NCBI GenBank assembly: GCA_964620515.1 | Contig: CAZUHG010000001.1 | Span: forward strand, 1-58,642 | Origin: an uncultured Candidatus Bathyarchaeia archaeon | GTDB lineage: Archaea > Thermoproteota > Bathyarchaeia > Bathyarchaeales > Bathycorpusculaceae | DNA length: 58,642 nucleotides | Direction of reading: 5' to 3' | In this document: piece by piece, positions 8,639-16,302 of the stretch | Layout: the number at the start of each line of letters is the position of its first letter | Position numbering within the stretch: position 1 is the stretch's first letter | Position numbers and translations under genes: made by a program | Notes under the pieces: generated by a model | Databases searched by the model: none | Told to the model about the DNA's origin: nothing | The model's input: the letters and a program-made list of their open reading frames with translations, nothing else

Positions 8639-9173
8639 ACTTCGATCTACCCTCCATATTCGGAGCCCTTCCAGCCAACAACTCCGTCAACACATAAGTT
8701 ATCAGCCCAGCAGACGGCGGACAACCTGGAATGAAATAGTCCACCTTAACCACTTCGTGAAGCGGACGCACCTTCTTCAGCAGTTTAGGCACGTCAGTTG
8801 GAATCTGAGCATTCACATAAGAGTCTTCCACGTAAGCCTTTTTCAGAACTGTTTGGTCGCTGTCGCTCCAAGCGTTTCTGAGAGCGGGAACGTTGCCTGT
8901 CACAGCGCAGTCACCAAGCGAAACCAGCACTTTCGTTCTTGCTCTTGCCTGTTTAAGCAGGCTCTGCTGTTCCTCGTTCGCCACTGCGCCCTCAATAAGC
9001 GTTACATCAACGTTGTCAGGAAAGGTCTTTACGTCCACAATCGGGCTGTAAACCACCTGAACTTTCTTAGCCAACTCTATAAGCAGCTCGTCTTGGTCAA
9101 GAAACGACATGTGGCAGCCTGAACAGCCGCTGAGCCAAATCGTTGCCAGCTTGATTTTCTCTACTTTCGCCAT
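8631..9173 (-). CDS. hoxY: [NiFe]-hydrogenase small subunit (HoxY-like, NuoB fold)
   Basis: [19 protein letters not shown]...[16 protein letters not shown]...IPGCPPS. It overlaps hoxH by 8 nt. Confidence 0.88.
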   Translation of the reverse strand: MAKVEKIKLATIWLSGCSGCHMSFLDQDELLIELAKKVQVVYSPIVDVKTFPDNVDVTLIEGAVANEEQQSLLKQARARTKVLVSLGDCAVTGNVPALRNAWSDSDQTVLKKAYVEDSYVNAQIPTDVPKLLKKVRPLHEVVKVDYFIPGCPPSAGLITYVLTELLAGRAPNMEGRSKYG

Positions 9174-9877
9174 TTTCGCTGCCTCCGTTCCATGATAAAC
9201 TCGGCAATATCCTTACGCTTAGTGTGAGATACGGGTTCGCCTTCAATGTAAATGGCGCCTACAGGACAAACCTTCGCGCATTTTCGGCATGAAGTGCAAG
9301 AGCAGGAATTACCCCACTTTTCATCCAAATCCATTATGACCTGCGCGTCTTTTCCTCGCAATTGCAAATCCAATGTGTGAACCCCTTCGATTTCGTCGCA
9401 AACCCTTATGCAGCGCGTGCACAGTATGCACCTGTTTCGATCAATAACCAAGAAGTCATGAGTTGAATCAATCTCGTCTTTAGTCCAGTTGCGCTCGAAC
9501 ATGGTGTGGTCAACCCCCAGCTGATTCGCCAAGCTCTGCAGTTCACAGTGGTCGTTAGCCACGCAGACCGAGCAGACATGCGTTCTCTCGGAGAGAAGCA
9601 ACTGCACAGCCATCTTGCGATACTCCTTAAGCTGATCCGACTTAGTCGTGACCTCCATTCCGGGGCTTACGGGCGTTGCACAAGCTGGAAAGAGTTTTGG
9701 TGAACCACTAATCTCCACTAGGCATAAACGGCATCCGCCGTAACTGGTTAAACCCTCCAAGTTGCAGAGCGTTGGAATGTCGATGCCGTTGTCTTTAGCA
9801 GCTTTCAGAATCATCGTGCCCTCTGGAACCTCGACTTCAACGCCGTCGATTTTCAGCTTAACAGTTAAAACACTCAT
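9161..9877 (-). CDS. hoxU: diaphorase subunit HoxU-like (2Fe-2S plus 4Fe-4S ferredoxin domains, NuoG N-terminus-like)
   Basis: [27 protein letters not shown]....[10 protein letters not shown], plus the Cys clusters [11 protein letters not shown] and [15 protein letters not shown]. Confidence 0.85.
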   Translation of the reverse strand: MSVLTVKLKIDGVEVEVPEGTMILKAAKDNGIDIPTLCNLEGLTSYGGCRLCLVEISGSPKLFPACATPVSPGMEVTTKSDQLKEYRKMAVQLLLSERTHVCSVCVANDHCELQSLANQLGVDHTMFERNWTKDEIDSTHDFLVIDRNRCILCTRCIRVCDEIEGVHTLDLQLRGKDAQVIMDLDEKWGNSCSCTSCRKCAKVCPVGAIYIEGEPVSHTKRKDIAEFIMERRQRKWRK

Positions 9878-11517
9878 TGTTTACCCTCCTTCTTGAAACA
9901 TTTACCAGCCCGACAAGTCTTCTCCACAATATGCTGAACATACTCATCCTTGAAGTACCGCAGCGTTGTAATAACAGGGTTAGGCGCCGTTTGCCCAAGA
10001 CCGCAGAGGCTCGCATCCCTGATGTAGACACCAGACTTCTCCAACGTTGCTATATCTTCCAGTTTGCCTTCGCCCTGAGTGATCGCGTCAAATATTTCCT
10101 TTATTCTTGCCAGACCCGCCCGGCAAGGAGTACATTTACCACAGGACTCGTCCACACAAAACTCAGTGAAGAACTTCGCCGTGTCCACCATACAGGAACT
10201 GTCATCAAGCACAACGATGCCGCCGGAACCCATTATAGCGCCAACTTTCTTCAGTGACTCATAATCTATCGGCTGCTCCAGAAGAGTTTCGGGGAGGCAT
10301 CCACCCGAAGGACCACCAACCAAGACTGCCTTAAACTTCCTGCCGTCCTGTACGCCTCCGCCTATGTCGAAAACAACTTCTCTAAGAGCGATTCCCATCG
10401 GAACCTCTATCAGCCCTGGGTTGCTGATTTTGCCAGTTAAAGAGAAGCACTTAGTCCCTGTGCATTTAGGTGTGCCAATTTTGGAAAACCATGAGCCGCC
10501 GTTCAAAACAATCAGAGGGATATTCGCTAATGTCTCAACGTTTTGTATAAGCGTAGGTTTTCCCCACAAGCCCGAATTCGCGGGGTACGGCGGGCGCGGG
10601 CGAGGCATAGCTCTTCTGCCTTCAACAGAAGCGAGGATGGCAGTTTCTTCACCAGCCACAAACGCTCCAGCGCCTAACCTGAGTTCAACATTAAATTTGA
10701 AAGGCGTCTCAAGAATGTTGTTGCCTAAAAGAGACATTGACTTCGCCTGAACGATAGCTCTCTGCAAAGTCTGAATCGCCAGCGGATACTCGGCTCTTAT
10801 GTAAATATACCCCTTTTCCGCACCCATTGCGTACGCAGCTATCAGCATGCCTTCGAGAATCGCGTGCGGATCCGCCTCAGCCAACGTCCGATTCGCAAAG
10901 ACGCCAGGATCTCCCTCGTCCAAGTTAGCCACAATGTATTTAGGAGAACCGTGAGCTCTCGCAACAAGACTCCATTTTTGCCCAGTTGGGAAACCCGCGC
11001 CTCCGCGACCTCTCAGACCGCTACCTACCACTTCGTATATAACGCCTTGCGGAGTCATCGTTGCCAAGCATTTAACAAGTGCAGAGTATCCACCCATTGC
11101 AATGTAATCCTGAATTCTGTAAGGGTCTATTTTGCCAGCGTTTCTCAGAACCAAACGCTTTTGCTTCTTAAAAAACGCCTCGTTGCTGTACAGCATTTCT
11201 TTTACTGGCAAACCTAAAACGATGTGGTCCCTAACTATCTCCCGGACTTTTTCGGGGGTGACGTTCTGGTAAAGATAGTCGCCTGGCTCAATCACCACAA
11301 CTGGACCTACCGAGCAAGTGCCTGGACAGCCAGTTCTGGCGACCTTGCACTCTTTTTCAACTCCAAACTCCTTAACCGCATCTTCAAAAGCCTTTAACAC
11401 TCTAAGAGCGCCGAACGGGACGCAGCCGCTGGAACAACACACGTTTATTCGGTACTTGTAGGCTCTTTGAAAATCTACTTCATGTTCAGCAATCGTCTGC
11501 AAGTCAGCGAGTTTCAT
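9874..11517 (-). CDS. hoxF: NAD(P)H-binding FMN/Fe-S diaphorase subunit HoxF-like (NuoF family with an N-terminal thioredoxin-like 2Fe-2S domain)
   Basis: GLRGRGGAGFPTGQKW, NLDEGDPGVFANR and ESCGKCTPCR. The N-terminal region has CCSSGC...CPGTCSVGPVV. There are 4-nt overlaps on both sides. Confidence 0.9.
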   Translation of the reverse strand: MKLADLQTIAEHEVDFQRAYKYRINVCCSSGCVPFGALRVLKAFEDAVKEFGVEKECKVARTGCPGTCSVGPVVVIEPGDYLYQNVTPEKVREIVRDHIVLGLPVKEMLYSNEAFFKKQKRLVLRNAGKIDPYRIQDYIAMGGYSALVKCLATMTPQGVIYEVVGSGLRGRGGAGFPTGQKWSLVARAHGSPKYIVANLDEGDPGVFANRTLAEADPHAILEGMLIAAYAMGAEKGYIYIRAEYPLAIQTLQRAIVQAKSMSLLGNNILETPFKFNVELRLGAGAFVAGEETAILASVEGRRAMPRPRPPYPANSGLWGKPTLIQNVETLANIPLIVLNGGSWFSKIGTPKCTGTKCFSLTGKISNPGLIEVPMGIALREVVFDIGGGVQDGRKFKAVLVGGPSGGCLPETLLEQPIDYESLKKVGAIMGSGGIVVLDDSSCMVDTAKFFTEFCVDESCGKCTPCRAGLARIKEIFDAITQGEGKLEDIATLEKSGVYIRDASLCGLGQTAPNPVITTLRYFKDEYVQHIVEKTCRAGKCFKKEGKQ

Positions 11518-11996
11518 TCCTTTGCACCTCCAAGTACTTTTCTGATTCTTTCTACCACAATTTCTTTTGTTGCCTTGCCAATGACTTCGTCATCAACAAC
11601 TATGGCTGGCGACATGGCACACGCCCCTATGCACCGTGTGACAAACAAGGACAGCTTCCCGTCAGCCGTGGTTTCTCCTCTTTTAACGTTGAATTCACGT
11701 TCAATAGCTTGCATGATTTCTTCAACGCCTTTCACGTAACAAGCCGTTCCAAGGCAGCCTGTAACTATGTGTTCACCTGGCTTTTCCAAGTTAAAAAAGC
11801 TGTAGAAAGTTGCTACTCCGAACACGTGGCTTGGGGGAAGGCGAAGCGATTGGGCAATATCCATCAACAGGTCTTTGTCAAGGTAGCCATAGATTCCTTG
11901 GGCTTTATGAAGTATCTCCAGAAGAGCACTCTCTTGATAGTTGTGTTCTTTCATTGTTTTCTCTAAAAGCATGCGTCGGTTATCATCTTTTGACAA
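11514..11996 (-). CDS. hoxE: 2Fe-2S diaphorase subunit HoxE-like (NuoE family)
   Basis: LLEILHKAQGIYGYL...VATFYSFF...CLGTACYVKG...RCIGACAMSP. Confidence 0.88.
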   Translation of the reverse strand: MSKDDNRRMLLEKTMKEHNYQESALLEILHKAQGIYGYLDKDLLMDIAQSLRLPPSHVFGVATFYSFFNLEKPGEHIVTGCLGTACYVKGVEEIMQAIEREFNVKRGETTADGKLSLFVTRCIGACAMSPAIVVDDEVIGKATKEIVVERIRKVLGGAKE

Positions 11997-12273
11997 AAAT
12001 ATACTCCTCCCACTTTGGCTCCCAATATTTCAAAATCACTAAGACCCTCTCCAGATTACTGAAAAAACGGTTCTATATAAGTTAGAGCCCGCAAAAATTT
12101 TAATTTTGTCCTGAACGCCTCTGTCTGTAGCTTAGCGAAAACATGTTATAGATTATTTAGACGCAAAATAGCCACCATGTTTATTGTTAAATAATTGTTC
12201 TTCCACGGGAAAACAATAAATGTTGCAATAGCACATTAGCTTTCCACAACTCTACCTTTGCTTTAGTAATTTA

Positions 12274-14205
12274 GTGAGAGGGTTAAACGTGCGTATAATC
12301 CTGAAAGAAGACTTTACAAACTTTGTTAATTCACTAATCGAAAATAATTCTTTAAATGTTATTGGCGTTAAGTCGAAAGGCGACAAATTCGTTTTTGGAA
12401 CGTTAGAATCTGCCAGCGAACTACGGCTTGATTATGACGTGACAATGCTCCCCCCAAAAAAGTATTTTTTTCCTCAGCGCGAAACTCTGGTCACCTACAA
12501 CGTGGCTAACGGGTTTTCTGCTAAGGACCCTGCTGATCTTAAGCCTACAGTAATCATTGGAGTTCATCCTTATGACATTGTGGCTTTGCTTCACATGGAT
12601 GAGATATTCAGAGAAACCAAGTCTGACCCATACTACTTTGAAAAGCGAAAAGCATCCATAATAATAGGCGTTAACATCCAAAAAATGTCCAAATGGTGCT
12701 TTGCATCATACATGGGCTGCGCCACAATTGACCATGGCTATGACTTGATGCTAACTGACCTCGGCAACAGGTATGCCATCAGCATCGGCTCGCTGAAGGG
12801 CGAGGCGCTTCTGGAGAAATACGCCAAGAACGTTACAGACGCGTTGGCAAGAGACGTTCAGTTGGTAGGTCAGAAAAAGCAGGAGATAAGTAACATGTCT
12901 CAGCAGAAATTTGATTTCCCAACAGAGCTTATCCCTGAATTGCTAAGCAAGACTTATGAAAAAAGCGGGTTTTGGGAGAGGCATTCCGAGAAGTGTTTAG
13001 CTTGTGGCTCTTGCGTTCTGGTGTGCCCCACGTGCTACTGCTTTGACGTTAAGGATGACCCCCATTTGTCACTTGAGCGCGGCGAGAGAATTAGAACGTG
13101 GGACGGCTGCCTACTAGAAGACTTTGCCAAGGTCGCTTCAGGAGAAAACTTCCGTCAGACGAGACCCACGAGGTACCGGCATAGGTACTTTAAGAAAGGA
13201 AAATACTTGTTCGACCGCTTTGGCTTCGTTTCATGTGTTGGCTGTGGGCGGTGCTCTTCAAACTGTTTGCCTGACATCGCTAATCCCGTCAACCTTTTAA
13301 ACGACATGTACCGTGAAGTCCTCAGCATGGGCGTGCAAATAGCCACGCCAACTGAGCCCGAAGTTAACATTGAAACTGAAGGCAACATAGATTATGTTCC
13401 TAAACTGGCGACTATTATTAATAAAGTGTCTATGACAGCCAATGAGATGTTGTTCGAAATAAAGTTGGATGACGGTTCCACTTTGAATCATAAACCGGGC
13501 CAGTTTGTTCAAGTTTCTGTTTTCGGCGTAGGCGAGGCACCGATTTCTGTGTCGTCATCGCCAACAAAGAAGGGCACGTTCGAACTTTGCGTGCGCAAAA
13601 TAGGAAACGTGACAACTAAGCTACATATGCTTAATGTAGGCGACAAAGTTGGGATCAGAGGTCCGTTTGGAAACGGCTTTGACGCAGAATTCTTGAAGGG
13701 TAGGGACCTTCTGTTTGTTGCAGGCGGTCTTGGTATTGCGCCGTTGCGGTCGTTGTTCAATTACGTTTTGGACAATAGAAAGGATTACGGTCGCGTTGTT
13801 CTTCTCTACGGCTGCAAAGAACCGCGCGAGCTGCTTTTCGGCGACGAATTGGCTGCGTTGGAAAAAAGAGATGATGTGGAATTCAAATCTACGGTTAACT
13901 GGTGCCCTGAAAACGAAATATGGACTGGAAACATAGGCGTGATCACTACGCTTATTCCTCAAGTCAATTTTGATCCAGAAACCACTTACACCATTGTTGT
14001 TGGTCCACCGATTATGTACAAGTTCGTTATAGCAGACCTGAAAAAGCGAAATGTTCCAGATGATCACATAATTCTTTCTCTTGAGCGGAGAATGAAATGC
14101 GGCGTTGGAAAATGCGGTCACTGCCAGATCAACCAGATTTACGTGTGCAGGGACGGCCCAGTGTTTAATTATTCAAAAATTAAGGGCGTACCAGAGGCGT
14201 TATAA
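12274..14205 (+). CDS. sulfhydrogenase-type (group 3b) beta-gamma fusion: 4Fe-4S (HydB/AsrA-like) N-terminal half plus FAD/NAD(P)-binding 2Fe-2S (HydG/AsrB/PyrK-like) C-terminal half
   Basis: The N-terminal half has CLACGSCVLVCPTCYCFD and CVGCGRCSSNCLPDI. The C-terminal half has PGQFVQVSVFGVGEAPISVSS, LLFVAGGLGIAPLRS and CGVGKCGHCQI. It is one uninterrupted 643-aa frame with a GTG start (alternative GTG at 12289). Confidence 0.85.
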   Translation: MRGLNVRIILKEDFTNFVNSLIENNSLNVIGVKSKGDKFVFGTLESASELRLDYDVTMLPPKKYFFPQRETLVTYNVANGFSAKDPADLKPTVIIGVHPYDIVALLHMDEIFRETKSDPYYFEKRKASIIIGVNIQKMSKWCFASYMGCATIDHGYDLMLTDLGNRYAISIGSLKGEALLEKYAKNVTDALARDVQLVGQKKQEISNMSQQKFDFPTELIPELLSKTYEKSGFWERHSEKCLACGSCVLVCPTCYCFDVKDDPHLSLERGERIRTWDGCLLEDFAKVASGENFRQTRPTRYRHRYFKKGKYLFDRFGFVSCVGCGRCSSNCLPDIANPVNLLNDMYREVLSMGVQIATPTEPEVNIETEGNIDYVPKLATIINKVSMTANEMLFEIKLDDGSTLNHKPGQFVQVSVFGVGEAPISVSSSPTKKGTFELCVRKIGNVTTKLHMLNVGDKVGIRGPFGNGFDAEFLKGRDLLFVAGGLGIAPLRSLFNYVLDNRKDYGRVVLLYGCKEPRELLFGDELAALEKRDDVEFKSTVNWCPENEIWTGNIGVITTLIPQVNFDPETTYTIVVGPPIMYKFVIADLKKRNVPDDHIILSLERRMKCGVGKCGHCQINQIYVCRDGPVFNYSKIKGVPEAL

Positions 14206-14945
14206 TGAAGAAACCAAAAGTTGCTTTCTTTGACTTCGCAGGCTGTGAAGGAGACCAGTTGCAAGTCGCAAACTTGGAAGAAGAATTTCTCACCCTTCTG
14301 GGGCAGATTGAAGTTGTGAGTTTCAGAGAAGTCATGAAAGAACACAACGACAACTATGACATAGCCTTCATTGAAGGGTCTTGCACTCGACTTCACGATG
14401 AGACCAGACTGAAACAAATCAGAAGTAATGCGAAGATAGTGGTCGCCATCGGTTCGTGCGCCACAATCGGCGGCATTAACTCTTTGAAAAACTATCAAGA
14501 CTTGGATGAGGTTAGGAGAACTGTATACGGCGACAAAGCCAAGTTGTTCGATACTTATGCAGCGAGACCTATAGATGCTGTAATACCTGTGGACGCTTAC
14601 GTGCACGGATGCCCAATAAACAGAGAGGAATTTCTCCACGTAGTTAAGTCACTTTTGCTGGGAAAGAAGCCAGACATCCCCAACTATCCTGTTTGTGTTG
14701 AATGCAAGAAAAACGAGAATGTCTGCGCGTTTGAAAGAGGCCAATTCTGCGTGGGCCCCGTCACCAGAGCAGGCTGCAACTCCTGCTGCGTCAACGAGGG
14801 CACCATATGCTGGGGATGCCGCGGCTTGGTGGATAATCCGAACGAAAACTCCCAAAAAGAAGTCTTAATCAAATACGGTCTCACAGTCGACGACGCAATA
14901 AACAAGTTTAAATTGTATTTCGGTTGGCAGGAGAAAAAAAGATGA
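14205..14945 (+). CDS. hydD: [NiFe]-hydrogenase small (delta) subunit, group 3b
   Basis: MKKPKVAFFDFAGCEGDQLQ...GSCATIGGIN...HGCPINREE, plus a C-terminal Cys-rich cluster. It joins the preceding gene by a TAATG overlap. Confidence 0.88.
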   Translation: MKKPKVAFFDFAGCEGDQLQVANLEEEFLTLLGQIEVVSFREVMKEHNDNYDIAFIEGSCTRLHDETRLKQIRSNAKIVVAIGSCATIGGINSLKNYQDLDEVRRTVYGDKAKLFDTYAARPIDAVIPVDAYVHGCPINREEFLHVVKSLLLGKKPDIPNYPVCVECKKNENVCAFERGQFCVGPVTRAGCNSCCVNEGTICWGCRGLVDNPNENSQKEVLIKYGLTVDDAINKFKLYFGWQEKKR

Positions 14946-16252
14946 AAGACAAAAACTTTGACGTTGAAGTACACCATGTAACAAGAGTTGAAGGACACGG
15001 AAACATCTACGTCAACGTAAGGAAAGGAACAGTAGAGCACTGTGAATGGAACATCTCCGAAGCGCCACGCTTCTTCGAAGCCATGGTTATAGGGCGCAAA
15101 TGGAGCGAACTGCATCACATAACTTCGCGCATCTGCGGCATCTGCTCCATAGGTCACGCACTTGCATCTTTAAGAGCCACTGAAGCAGCGATGGGCGTAA
15201 CCATAAGCGACCAAGACCTCAAACTGAGAAAAATAGCACTGCACGCAGAGAACATGCAAAGTCACCTTTTACACGTGGGCTTTCTGGTTCTTCCCGACCT
15301 GATGGACGTTGGTTCAGTGATTCCGCTTGCGTCTTCTAATCCGGAAGAACTCAAAACCGTGTTGCGCTTGCACAGACTGGCAAATGAAATGTCCAACTTG
15401 GTCTGCGGTAGGACAACGCACCCTCAAAGGCTGCTGCCAGGCGGTTTCTCCAAGATTCCCTCTATGAAGGAACTAAACGAGCTCAGAGAAAAGCTAAAGG
15501 CATCTGTTCCAGACTTGCAAGCCGTCGCGAAATTGCTCCAGAGTTTAGCGCCGAAGATACCTGATTTTGTTAGGGAAACCGAGTTCATCGCGCTAACTAA
15601 ACCTGATGAGTATGCGCTTTACGATGGAAAAATCGGCTCCACAGACACAGGCGCTGCACCAGCAAGCGAGTACCTTTCATTCACTAACGAGTACATAGTT
15701 CCTCAGTCTACGGCGAAACGGGCAAAGCACGTTCGAGACTCGTACATGGTCGGCGCCCTCGCTAGGCTTAACATTAACTACGACCTGCTGTCTCCATTGG
15801 CAAAGAAGACCGCTGAAATGTTCCACCTAAAGCCAGTATGCCATAACCCATTCATGAATAGTATTGCGCAGTTAGTGGAAGTGGTTCACAGCGTGGAAGA
15901 TTCAATTAGGCTTATTAACGAGCTTGAAGCGGCAGGTTTGAAGAGCCAGCCAGACTACAATAACCCAGAAGTGAAAGTCAAAGCAGGTCGAGGCGTCGGC
16001 GGAGTTGAAGTTCCCAGAGGTATACTGTTCCACGATTACACGTATAACGAGAAAGGCATCTGCATAAAAGCCAACTGCGTTATTCCAACGAACCAGAACC
16101 ACGGCAACATCGAGTTAGACATGAAATCTTTAGTGCCTAAAATCATAGATAAGACGCCGAAGGAGATTGAGCTGACCTTAGAAATGCTAGTGCGCGCTTA
16201 TGACCCCTGCATCTCCTGCTCAACACACGCTGTTAAAGTACACTTCGTTTAG
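14942..16252 (+). CDS. hydA: [NiFe]-hydrogenase large (alpha) subunit, group 3b
   Basis: VTRVEGHGNIYV, SRICGICSIGH and the C-terminal DPCISCSTHAVKVHFV. The ATG at 14942 forms an ATGA overlap with the hydD stop; the ORF track starts at the TTG at 14924. Confidence 0.9.
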   Translation: MKDKNFDVEVHHVTRVEGHGNIYVNVRKGTVEHCEWNISEAPRFFEAMVIGRKWSELHHITSRICGICSIGHALASLRATEAAMGVTISDQDLKLRKIALHAENMQSHLLHVGFLVLPDLMDVGSVIPLASSNPEELKTVLRLHRLANEMSNLVCGRTTHPQRLLPGGFSKIPSMKELNELREKLKASVPDLQAVAKLLQSLAPKIPDFVRETEFIALTKPDEYALYDGKIGSTDTGAAPASEYLSFTNEYIVPQSTAKRAKHVRDSYMVGALARLNINYDLLSPLAKKTAEMFHLKPVCHNPFMNSIAQLVEVVHSVEDSIRLINELEAAGLKSQPDYNNPEVKVKAGRGVGGVEVPRGILFHDYTYNEKGICIKANCVIPTNQNHGNIELDMKSLVPKIIDKTPKEIELTLEMLVRAYDPCISCSTHAVKVHFV

Positions 16253-16302
16253 CGCCGCTTAGGTTTAACTTCAAAACAACGGAAAACGCTAAGAACTGCC
16301 CT

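Noticed and set aside
8559-9122. 187-aa plus-strand ORF inside the hox operon (similar cases: 9877..10257, 10364..10750, 10864..11217, 7406..7738, 8129..8440).
   Set aside because: All are antisense to strongly supported hydrogenase/diaphorase genes and have no recognisable motifs.
13621-14639. Minus-strand ORFs of 156-166 aa antisense to the hydBG and hydD genes.
   Set aside because: The sense strand encodes Fe-S/FAD and hydrogenase small-subunit motifs. The antisense translations have no recognisable features.
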